From Clostridia bacterium (GTDB lineage: Bacteria > Bacillota > Clostridia > Oscillospirales > CAG-272): a stretch of 52,354 nt of DNA. The stretch lies in assembly GCA_017453005.1 (NCBI GenBank), contig JAFTKY010000017.1:1-52354 (forward strand), read 5' to 3'. The notes below the pieces were generated by a model. The model saw only the letters and a list, made by a program, of their open reading frames with translations. It had not been told where the DNA came from and did not search any database. The translations under genes were made by a program, and so were the position numbers. Shown piece by piece: positions 1 to 7,501 of this stretch. The first letter of the stretch is position 1; each line of letters begins with the position of its first letter.

Positions 1-1
1 T

Positions 2-31
2 AAAAGCCCGAGCCGAAAGGCTCGGGCTTTT
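2..31. terminator. Intrinsic terminator, probably bidirectional
   Basis: AAAAGCCCGAGCC-GAAA-GGCTCGGGCTTTT perfect hairpin with A/T tracts. Confidence 0.85.
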
Positions 32-87
32 AGATTTCAGAAACGCAACCTTGTCAACAAAAATCTTCCTTTTACCCTCAAATTTCT

Positions 88-135
88 ACCACTTGGAAAA
101 AATATATTTACAAATCGGGAAAATATTGCTATAAT
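88..135 (+). promoter_or_regulatory. Promoter of the LytTR operon with candidate LytTR direct repeats
   Basis: TTTACA(107-112)-17bp-TATAAT(130-135) with TG extension; imperfect 9-mers ACCACTTGG(88-96) and ACAAATCGG(110-118) 22 bp apart. Confidence 0.55.
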
Positions 136-166
136 AAAATCACACCGAGAGAGAGGAGGCGCGTAC

Positions 167-625
167 GTGAAGATAAGGATAGAAATATCGGAGCAGAATG
201 ACGACGAGATAGTAATACGCTGCAGGCAAAAGACCGACAAGATATCTGCAATCGAGACCGCTATCGAGAACGCGCTGAAGAGCAGGGGAGAGCTTGTGCT
301 TTACATAGGCAGCACCGAATATTACGTGCAAAAAAGCGAAATTCTGTTTTTTGAGGCATCGGGCGGCAAGGTGTTCGCGCACACACGCGACGGAATGTTT
401 ACCGCTCAATATAAGCTCTTTGAGCTTGAGGACGTGATGCCGTCGAGCTTTACTCGGATATCAAAATCGGTTATTGCAAACATAAATCTTATAAGCTCCC
501 TGCGGCGCGAGCTTACGGGCAACGGAGAGATAACCTTTAAGGGAAGTGACAAAAAAACCTATTTCTCCCGTGCGTATTATAAAATTTTAAAGGACAAAAT
601 TGAGGAAGTGAGGTTTGGAATATGA
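167..625 (+). CDS. LytTR-family DNA-binding regulator without a receiver domain (LRS type)
   Basis: GTG start after GGAGG; LytTR motifs EILFFEA, LFELE..MPSSFTRISKSVIANI, FSRAYYK. Confidence 0.9.
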   Translation: MKIRIEISEQNDDEIVIRCRQKTDKISAIETAIENALKSRGELVLYIGSTEYYVQKSEILFFEASGGKVFAHTRDGMFTAQYKLFELEDVMPSSFTRISKSVIANINLISSLRRELTGNGEITFKGSDKKTYFSRAYYKILKDKIEEVRFGI

Positions 626-1302
626 AATTTCAGAAGGTATTTTGGGGACTTGCGCTGGTGCTTTGCGCCGTGTTTATCATACTTGACGCGACTGACGTTA
701 TCGCGCCCTTTACAAGTATTTTCGGTGATGTGTCGGTGTTTTTCGTTATATTGGGAATAATGCTTCTGGCTTTGGCTGTTGAGCGTATAGCAAACGGAAA
801 ATTCAATGAGATATTCGTTCCTCTTGCGCTGATATTTATGCTATTTGAGAAAAATATCGCGTTTGCAATGGGACTTGAGAAGACCAACATAATAAATAAC
901 TGGATAGTTCTGCTGTGCGCCGTGCTTTTGACTGTTGGCGTGGGTATGCTTATGCCCAGGAACATAAAAAAGCTCAAGAAGGGCAAGCGTTCAAGGTATA
1001 TAGGCAGCTCGTCCTCCTACATAGACTGCGCGGATTTTTCATCGCGTGAGGTAGAGAACAATATGGGCTCGTGCGTCGTACGCTTTGAAAACACGGACGA
1101 GTACAGCGGAAACGGAGTTTTGACTATTGAAAACAATATGGGCTCGCTTGCTATCTACGTGCCGAATACGTGGAACGTAAGGACTAATATTGAAAATAAC
1201 ATGGGAAGTGTTCGCGTTGACGGAGACGGAGATACAAGCGGCCCCCTCCTTATCATAAACGGTGAAAACAATATGGGCTCTGTTCTGATTGAATACGTGT
1301 AA
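622..1302 (+). CDS. LiaF/DUF2154-like membrane protein, likely partner of the LytTR regulator
   Basis: ATGA overlap with the LytTR gene; about 4 N-terminal TM segments; C-terminal domain with four ENNMGS repeats. Confidence 0.75.
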   Translation: MKFQKVFWGLALVLCAVFIILDATDVIAPFTSIFGDVSVFFVILGIMLLALAVERIANGKFNEIFVPLALIFMLFEKNIAFAMGLEKTNIINNWIVLLCAVLLTVGVGMLMPRNIKKLKKGKRSRYIGSSSSYIDCADFSSREVENNMGSCVVRFENTDEYSGNGVLTIENNMGSLAIYVPNTWNVRTNIENNMGSVRVDGDGDTSGPLLIINGENNMGSVLIEYV

Positions 1303-1310
1303 ATATTATT

Positions 1311-1337
1311 GGCGCGCCTTGCGGCGCGCCTTTTTTT
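1311..1337 (+). terminator. Intrinsic terminator
   Basis: GGCGCGCC-TTGC-GGCGCGCC-T7. Confidence 0.85.
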
Positions 1338-1356
1338 GATTGTTTTGTGAATATTC

Positions 1357-1385
1357 TTGACAAGGGGAATATGTTGTGCTATAAT
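1357..1385 (+). promoter_or_regulatory. sigA promoter of the metal ABC operon
   Basis: TTGACA-17bp-TATAAT consensus with TG extension. Confidence 0.85.
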
Positions 1386-1419
1386 TTAACTTGTAGGATA
1401 ACAAGAAGGGAGAGGGAGC

Positions 1420-1725
1420 ATGAAAAGAAGCGGTATTGCCTTCAAGACTGCCATAGTTGCACTTGCGACGCTTTGCGCCGTGGCTTTTGTCATGTTTTCC
1501 TTTGCACAGATCATGGATTTTGACCATGACTGTTATCTTGAAAGCTGTCCCGTATGTACGGCGGCGGCTGTCCGCGAGAATATTCTCGGCACTTGGGCAT
1601 TTCTTGCTATTTTGCTTTTCACTTTCGCGCTGTCCGTCTGTTTTTACAGTGTCAGCTCCAATGACAAAAAGGCACAAATCGCTACGGAAACTCCCGTGCG
1701 CCTCAAGGTGAAGCTCTCGGATTAA
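1420..1725 (+). CDS. Small two-TM protein with HDCxxxxCPVC motif (DUF2946/ZrgE-like leader)
   Basis: Strong RBS; two hydrophobic helices flanking a His/Cys motif; first ORF of a metal-transport operon. Confidence 0.7.
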   Translation: MKRSGIAFKTAIVALATLCAVAFVMFSFAQIMDFDHDCYLESCPVCTAAAVRENILGTWAFLAILLFTFALSVCFYSVSSNDKKAQIATETPVRLKVKLSD

Positions 1726-1828
1726 AAACTCAGGCCTATCACGTATAGGCTGTTTGGCGTTATGTCCGCGTAGGATAACTGCGCCAATTTATGGGGTAAG
1801 TGTACCCCGTGACGAATGAGTTTTTGAT
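1721..1828 (+). ncRNA. Candidate cis-regulatory four-way-junction RNA
   Basis: Closing stem AAAAACTCA(1724-32)/TGAGTTTTT(1817-25) encloses hairpins at 1734-1750, 1754-1787 and 1791-1810. Confidence 0.55.
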
Positions 1829-1877
1829 TTTTGAGGGCCTTTTTTGCGCCCAAAAATAGATTTTAGGGAGTAAACAA

Positions 1878-2519
1878 ATGATAGAAATAAAGAATTTATC
1901 AAAGAAATTTCAAAACGAACGCGCGATAAATTATAAAGATATGCGCTTTGAGGACGGTAAGTCCTATATGCTTCTCGGCGCGTCGGGCTGCGGCAAATCA
2001 ACGCTGCTTAACATGATTGCAGGCATACTTTCCGCCGATAGCGGTGAGATACTTATTGACGGCGTTGATATGCTCAAAAAGACGCAAAAGGAAAAGGACA
2101 AGTTCAGAATAGAGAAGATAGGCTATATATTCCAGGACTTCAAGCTCATAACCGAGATGACCGTTATGGACAATATCAATATTTTGAGGCTTGAGGGCGT
2201 GAACACATCCGCAGCGGACGATATACTCCGCCGTCTTGAAATGTATGAAAAGAAAAACAAGAAGATAAAGCACCTCTCGGGCGGCGAGCGACAGAGAGTT
2301 GCGATAGCCCGCGCGATAGTCAAGATGCCGGACATCATTTTGGCAGACGAGCCCACGGGAAATCTTAACTTTGAGATAGGCGAGGCGGTCATCCGTCAGC
2401 TTATTGAAATATCAAAGGGAAAAACTCTTATTGCCGTCACACACGACGACAGACTTGGCAAATATTTCGACTGCACCATAGACATGAACAGCATGATAGG
2501 AGGTGGCGAGAATGCTTAA
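1878..2519 (+). CDS. ABC transporter ATP-binding protein (LolD/ZrgB-like)
   Basis: Walker [23 protein letters not shown] signature, [14 protein letters not shown]. Confidence 0.95.
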   Translation: MIEIKNLSKKFQNERAINYKDMRFEDGKSYMLLGASGCGKSTLLNMIAGILSADSGEILIDGVDMLKKTQKEKDKFRIEKIGYIFQDFKLITEMTVMDNINILRLEGVNTSAADDILRRLEMYEKKNKKIKHLSGGERQRVAIARAIVKMPDIILADEPTGNLNFEIGEAVIRQLIEISKGKTLIAVTHDDRLGKYFDCTIDMNSMIGGGENA

Positions 2520-3828
2520 GTTTGCGCTCAAAAACATGGCGATAAAAAAGGTTCAGGTAATTCTTATCATTATATCCATCGTGCTGTCCGCAGGTGTTGG
2601 CGTTCTGGCGTTCAACGTCTCCGAGCAGGTAAGCGAGGGACTTACTAACAACGCGGGTTATTATTCCGCAATTATAGGACCGTCGGGAAGTGCGACGCAG
2701 CTTGCCATGAATACCATGTATTTTACGGACGAGCCCGTGGGAACTATTCCGTATTCCTTGGTCTCCGAGCTGTCGCAGGACAGCAGAGTTAAAGAGGTCA
2801 TACCCTTTGCTATGGCGGATAATTACAACGGCTTCTCGGTCGTTGGAACAACACCGGCATTCCTTTCGGCAAAGACACTCGCAAAAGGACGCATGTTTAC
2901 GGAGGGAGAAGCCTTTGAGGCTGTCGTCGGCTCAACGGTTGCCGAGCTTAATAAGCTCGAGATAGGCGACGAGCTTTATACGAGCCACTCCGTCGGAGGA
3001 GACAAGCACGCGCATCCGCTCAAGGTGGTTGGAATTCTTGAGGAAAGTCACAGCGGATTTGACAAGGTAGTATTCACGCAGATAAAGACTATATGGCAGG
3101 CGCATGACCACTCAGGCGAGCACGACGAGGCAAATATAGGTGTAGACCTGCTCTCCGCGGGACATACGACGGAGGAAGCAACCGAGCAGGCGACTGAGGA
3201 TGGTCACGGGCACGTCACGGAGGACGGCGGTCACGGTGACGAGGAGCATGAGGACGGTGAGCATTCGCATACGTCAAATACCGTATGTGCGATACTTGTA
3301 AAGACCCTTAACCCTACATACGCAATGTCGATAGTCAATGAGTATAACGGCAAGGTCTATATGCACGGCGAGGACAGCTATTCCTTGCAGGCAATAGAGC
3401 CTATGGACACCATGCGCGGCGTGCTTGAGGAGACGGACAACACAAAATATATCGTGTTCGTGCTCTGCGCGATAATACTGATAATGAATATTATCATAAT
3501 CTCGATCATAACGCTTCTGAATATGTATCATTCCGCAAAGGAAATATCCCTTATGCGACTTATCGGTATCAGCATGAAGAAGATAAATATGCTGTATCTG
3601 ATACAGAACAGTCTTATAGGACTTGTATCAACTGCGCTTGCGTTTGGAATATCCCGTGCGTGTCTTGTGCTTATGAGCGATTACGTTGAAAGCATGGGAG
3701 CGGTGCTTAATCTCTCAAAGGTCTACCCGCTTGAGTGGGTGATACTTTTTGCGGTGTTCCTCATCAGCGTAATTCCTACGGTGATATGCACCGTGTCAAT
3801 GTCCAAAAAGGACGGAATAAATAACTAA
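2512..3828 (+). CDS. FtsX/MacB-type ABC permease with a His/Glu-rich insert (ZrgC-like)
   Basis: N-terminal TM, large extracytoplasmic domain with HGHVTEDGGHGDEEHEDGEHSH, three C-terminal TMs, LMRLIGIS motif; ATG at 2512 preferred. Confidence 0.85.
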   Translation: MLKFALKNMAIKKVQVILIIISIVLSAGVGVLAFNVSEQVSEGLTNNAGYYSAIIGPSGSATQLAMNTMYFTDEPVGTIPYSLVSELSQDSRVKEVIPFAMADNYNGFSVVGTTPAFLSAKTLAKGRMFTEGEAFEAVVGSTVAELNKLEIGDELYTSHSVGGDKHAHPLKVVGILEESHSGFDKVVFTQIKTIWQAHDHSGEHDEANIGVDLLSAGHTTEEATEQATEDGHGHVTEDGGHGDEEHEDGEHSHTSNTVCAILVKTLNPTYAMSIVNEYNGKVYMHGEDSYSLQAIEPMDTMRGVLEETDNTKYIVFVLCAIILIMNIIIISIITLLNMYHSAKEISLMRLIGISMKKINMLYLIQNSLIGLVSTALAFGISRACLVLMSDYVESMGAVLNLSKVYPLEWVILFAVFLISVIPTVICTVSMSKKDGINN

Positions 3829-3845
3829 AAAGGTCTGTTTGTCTT

Positions 3846-4823
3846 ATGAAAAATAAATTTCTGATTAAATTTGGCATAGTTGTTTTGACGCTTTCGCTGT
3901 TGCTTACGTTTTCGGCGTGTGACAACGGCTCGGGCGGCGGAAAGCAAAATAATCCCGACGGAGCGACCAAGCTCAGCTTCAAGTCGGCTGCAAGCTATGA
4001 TTATCTCAAAACGCTCAACGGTCAGATGGTGACCATCAACGGATACCTTGCGACAAGCTCGCCCGTTGACGGCTCGTTTATATTCCTTATGAACCTGCCG
4101 CTCCAGAGCTGTCCCTTCTGCGTGCCCAACACGACCGAGCTTTCAAACACTATGGAGGTCTATCCCAAGGACGGAGAAAAATTTGAATATACCAATCAAG
4201 CCGTGCAGGTGGTCGGAACGCTTGAGGTCGCGCCCGACAAAAATCAGCCCTTTACAGATATGTACGGATATCAGTTCAATTTCAAAATCGTTGATGCGAG
4301 CTACACGATTTTGCAGGCGGAGGATCTGTCCGAGGATATGGCACTCTGGCAGAAAATTGCTAACACCGAGGTCATAAACGACGTGTATAAAATGTACGAT
4401 TACGTGCATTTTCTCTGCGCGTGGAATACGTATTCCGTAAAGTCCTGGACGGATGCGGACGGCAACACCCACCCCGGTTATTATCTCTGGGCGGCTGACG
4501 CGATGAATTATATCACGAAGGACGGCGCACAGTGGAATTACGGATATAAGGACGGTTATTTTGACAATCTTATAGCATCAGTCCGCGCGGTAGATGCGAC
4601 GGCGTACGAGGATCTCGTGCAGAACATTGAGGACGCGAAGGCACTGTCCGAAAAGGCATTTGGCGAGCTGAAGGCAGGGAACTATACGTACGAAACAAAG
4701 TACGTTGAAGAGTTTGGGACCACGGACAATATTTATACGATAAACAAGGGCGAGGAGCTCCTTGCTGAGTGGACACAAATTTATACCTTCTTCTCGGATT
4801 GGCTCGGCTCTTGGGAATTATAA
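3846..4823 (+). CDS. Lipoprotein with DUF3299/ZrgD-like CPFC domain
   Basis: Lipobox FSAC; LNGQMVTINGY...FIFLM..QSCPFCVPN OB-fold-like pattern; operon context. Confidence 0.65.
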   Translation: MKNKFLIKFGIVVLTLSLLLTFSACDNGSGGGKQNNPDGATKLSFKSAASYDYLKTLNGQMVTINGYLATSSPVDGSFIFLMNLPLQSCPFCVPNTTELSNTMEVYPKDGEKFEYTNQAVQVVGTLEVAPDKNQPFTDMYGYQFNFKIVDASYTILQAEDLSEDMALWQKIANTEVINDVYKMYDYVHFLCAWNTYSVKSWTDADGNTHPGYYLWAADAMNYITKDGAQWNYGYKDGYFDNLIASVRAVDATAYEDLVQNIEDAKALSEKAFGELKAGNYTYETKYVEEFGTTDNIYTINKGEELLAEWTQIYTFFSDWLGSWEL

Positions 4824-4828
4824 TAATG

Positions 4829-4861
4829 AAAAAGGAACTTCAATTCTGAAGTTCCTTTTTT
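4829..4861. terminator. Bidirectional terminator
   Basis: AAAAAGGAACTTCA-ATTC-TGAAGTTCCTTTTT between convergent genes. Confidence 0.85.
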
Positions 4862-4865
4862 ATAA

Positions 4866-5720
4866 TCAATCGTTTGCGCGCTTGTATTGTGAGAGCTGCA
4901 TTTCCTCCTTGGCGCGGAGCTTTTCAAGCGTTGCCATGTTTTCGATCATGAGCTTGACAATTTTTTCAAGCGTGGAGTTCTGGGAGTAGTCGGCTACGCA
5001 GACGTAATTTATACGGTCATCGTCGACCAGGGGCTTTACCGTCTCGCTCTTGCCCGATGCGTAGAGTGCGATGGACTTGCCGCCCTTCTGCTTTACCATC
5101 TTCATGCAGGGAATGTCCGTCATTCCGTCACCGATGTATATCATATTGCGGTATGCAATACGGCGGAGGCTTTCGTCCTGAAGCCGGTTGAGATTGTAAT
5201 CGTCCGTTACGTCAAGAATACCCTTGGATATTCTGTAAATATACTGCGTTTTGAGCGTGTAGTTTATTGCGAGCGCGGGCCAGACTGCCTCGCCGTTTTC
5301 GTCGTACATATATCTGCACGCGTAAATTCTCTTGAAATACTTTGCTATAGGCGTGCCCTGAATTATCTCGTAAGTGCCCGAGGATATGATATAATGCTCA
5401 ATGTTGACGCCGAGAGACTCGCCGTAGGCGTTGATCCTGTCAAACCATGAAAGCACACCCTTGTAGAGCACGACGTTCTCGCCGCAGCTTCTCAGGTATT
5501 CCTCGGTCAGCGGAATGCCGCGCTTTTTGCACTCGCGTATCATTATCATCATATAAGCGAGTATTTTTTCCACCTCGTGCTCGCGCGTCAGCTTTGCCGC
5601 CTCACCCCAGAATTCGTCCGAGTTCATGCCGAGGTTTTTTATAAAATCGTATTCCTGCATATCTGTCGTGCAGAGAGTTTTATCAAAATCGTATAAAATT
5701 CCAATAGTCGTTTTTGCCAT
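4866..5720 (-). CDS. HAD-superfamily hydrolase
   Basis: YDFDKTL motif I, IISSG motif II, YIGDGMTD motif IV. Confidence 0.9.
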   Translation of the reverse strand: MAKTTIGILYDFDKTLCTTDMQEYDFIKNLGMNSDEFWGEAAKLTREHEVEKILAYMMIMIRECKKRGIPLTEEYLRSCGENVVLYKGVLSWFDRINAYGESLGVNIEHYIISSGTYEIIQGTPIAKYFKRIYACRYMYDENGEAVWPALAINYTLKTQYIYRISKGILDVTDDYNLNRLQDESLRRIAYRNMIYIGDGMTDIPCMKMVKQKGGKSIALYASGKSETVKPLVDDDRINYVCVADYSQNSTLEKIVKLMIENMATLEKLRAKEEMQLSQYKRAND

Positions 5721-5805
5721 AATATTACGCGTTCCTTTCCTTTTGATGTGTCCTCTCTATATTTTACCATAAATTTCTAAAAAATGCAATAGGTATAAGA
5801 ATATC

Positions 5806-5843
5806 AAAAATTCTCTTGCCCACAAATTTGCAGGCAAGAGAAT
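5806..5843 (-). terminator. Terminator after the most distal spo0A tail copy
   Basis: ATTCTCTTGCC...GGCAAGAGAAT stem followed by a T-run on the minus strand. Confidence 0.65.
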
Positions 5844-5851
5844 AAATGTCA

Positions 5852-5918
5852 TTAAAGATTATATTTCAACATCAAATTATCCGCGATCATGTCGATAAAC
5901 TCGCTATTGGTGGGCTTT
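5852..5918 (-). repeat. spo0A 3'-end copy 3 (most distal, most decayed)
   Basis: Translates [21 protein letters not shown]. Confidence 0.9.
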
Positions 5919-5924
5919 GCTATA

Positions 5925-6038
5925 GGCTCCCTTGTGTAAAGGGAGCTGTCACCGTAGGTGACTGAGGGATTGTCTGTTCCGATCTTTACAACCCCTCCGT
6001 CAGCCTTCGGCTGCCACCTCCCCTTGCACAGGGGAGGC
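5925..6038 (+). repeat. REP-like multi-hairpin element
   Basis: GGCTCCC..GGGAGC, GTCACC..GGTGAC, CAGCC..GGCTG and CCTCCCC..GGGGAGG palindromes; same family as 6307-6435, opposite orientation. Confidence 0.75.
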
Positions 6039-6041
6039 TTA

Positions 6042-6107
6042 TTAGTACAACTTGTATTTGAGCCTCAAATTATCCGCAATCATTGCGATAAACTCGCTGT
6101 TTATGGG
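6042..6107 (-). repeat. spo0A 3'-end copy 2
   Basis: Translates [21 protein letters not shown]. Confidence 0.92.
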
Positions 6108-6114
6108 AAATCTC

Positions 6115-6155
6115 TTGACAAATTACACTTTTTGAGATATAATTTCTTTGTCGAA
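6115..6155 (+). promoter_or_regulatory. sigA promoter with a Spo0A box at the predicted start site
   Basis: TTGACA(6115-20)-17bp-TATAAT(6138-43); TGTCGAA at 6149-6155. Confidence 0.75.
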
Positions 6156-6231
6156 ACTGCAGGCGTATTTTTCCTGTCTCTCGCTTTATGCGAGCGTCTT
6201 GGGCACGAGGCAGTTTCGGCTTTTTCTTTTT
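6150..6231 (+). ncRNA. Candidate ~80 nt small RNA
   Basis: Starts about 7 nt after the -10; GTCGAAACTGC(6150-60) pairs with GCAGTTTCGGC(6210-20), followed by a U-tract; internal CAGG/CCTG and CTCGC/GCGAG hairpins. Confidence 0.6.
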
Positions 6232-6306
6232 ATATAATTTGTATTTCAACCTCAAATTATCCGCGATCATCGCAATAAACTCGCTATTTGTGGGCTTTCC
6301 TCTATT
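6229..6306 (-). repeat. spo0A 3'-end copy 1
   Basis: Translates [25 protein letters not shown], identical to the Spo0A C-terminus; only synonymous changes, and the stop has become AAA. Confidence 0.93.
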
Positions 6307-6435
6307 GCCTCCCTCCGGGAGGGAGGGGGACCACGAAGTGGTGGAAGGAGCCGGCGTAAATGTGAGTTTGGATTTACTGCATTGTACCGCACTCTCCCTC
6401 AGTCGCTACGCGACAGCTCCCTCCCGGAGGGAGCC
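6307..6435 (-). repeat. REP-like multi-hairpin element
   Basis: CCTCCCTCC/GGAGGGAGG, ACCAC/GTGGT, GTCGC/GCGAC and GCTCCCTCC/GGAGGGAGC palindromes. Confidence 0.75.
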
Positions 6436-6438
6436 TTT

Positions 6439-7221
6439 TTAGTACAATTTGTATTTGAGCCTCAAGTTATCCGCAATCATCGCAATAAACTCGCTATTCG
6501 TGGGCTTTCCACGATTGTTTTGAATTGTGTAGCCAAAATAACTATTCAGCGTATCCACATCTCCTCTGTCCCACGCGACCTCGATTGCGTGGCGGATGGC
6601 ACGCTCGACGCGGCTGGTTGTGGTCTGATATTTCTTCGCGACGGAAGGGTAGAGGACCTTGGTGACGCTGTTGATGATGTCGCTGTCTTTTATCGTAAGG
6701 AGGATGGCAGTGCGGAGGTATTGGTAGCCCTTGATGTGCGCGGGGACGCCTATCTGATGGATAATGCGCGTGACCTGCGCCTCGATGTCGGGCGTCTCGT
6801 CGGCGGGAAGCTGCGCCGAGTAATATTCGGGCGAGCCCGAGTTCTTTCTCTTTTTGAGGAGATTTTCAAGGTTTTGGATAAGATTTTGCGTGTTTACGGG
6901 CTTGATAAGGCACAAGTCCGCGCCCGCCTCGAGCGACTGCACGAAAATATTTTGATTTGATACGGGAGAGAGCAGAACTATAATGGGCGCTTTGTCCTTG
7001 CCCGACTTTACCGTACGCACCAGCGACAGTCCGTCGATCTTGGAGAGCCATATATCTGCGATAAGAATGTCGGGGCGGGAGCGGTTTATCATGGACAGCG
7101 CCTCCTCGCCGTTTACAGCCTCGTCTATGTATCTGCAGCCCGAACGCGAAAGCGCGTCCCTGAGCATATTTCTTTGAGAGTTATTTTCGTCGGCTATGAG
7201 TATTTTTGTTGTGTATTCCAC
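6439..7221 (-). CDS. spo0A: Sporulation master regulator Spo0A
   Basis: Receiver domain plus signatures [42 protein letters not shown]. Confidence 0.98.
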   Translation of the reverse strand: MEYTTKILIADENNSQRNMLRDALSRSGCRYIDEAVNGEEALSMINRSRPDILIADIWLSKIDGLSLVRTVKSGKDKAPIIVLLSPVSNQNIFVQSLEAGADLCLIKPVNTQNLIQNLENLLKKRKNSGSPEYYSAQLPADETPDIEAQVTRIIHQIGVPAHIKGYQYLRTAILLTIKDSDIINSVTKVLYPSVAKKYQTTTSRVERAIRHAIEVAWDRGDVDTLNSYFGYTIQNNRGKPTNSEFIAMIADNLRLKYKLY

Positions 7222-7410
7222 TTTGTTGTATCCTCCTGTAATAGTTTTTTATTGTTTACAGTAATATATTACCATAAATTAGGAGATTTTGCAATATGAT
7301 TTCCAAAAATTCCCAATCGTGATAATAAACAAAGTTTTTTACCAAAAAATGTAAAAAATATCCAATTTGCAAATTTGCGACATTTTGAGGCAATAAAAGA
7401 GGGTGCTATG

Positions 7411-7439
7411 TTGACAGCAGTGATGTGGTATGATATAAT
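7411..7439 (+). promoter_or_regulatory. sigA promoter
   Basis: TTGACA-17bp-TATAAT. Confidence 0.8.
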
Positions 7440-7501
7440 ATAATTGTATACGGTAAATAAACGTTCTGAAACCGTTAAATTATATTTGGGGAGGAGAAAC
7501 T

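Noticed and set aside
1721-1828. NiCo riboswitch or tRNA
   Set aside because: The four-way topology fits, but I could not see the NiCo junction nucleotides or the tRNA T-loop and D-loop motifs. Left as an unassigned motif.
5958-6442. ORFs 5958-6278, 6070-6270 and 6188-6442 as genes
   Set aside because: They are read-throughs of spo0A tail copies and palindromic repeats, with no convincing RBS.
5852-6516. CRISPR array or DGR template/variable repeats
   Set aside because: The repeats are about 70 bp of spo0A coding sequence with mainly synonymous, not adenine-specific, differences. The spacers are about 125 bp structured elements, and no cas or reverse transcriptase gene is in the window.
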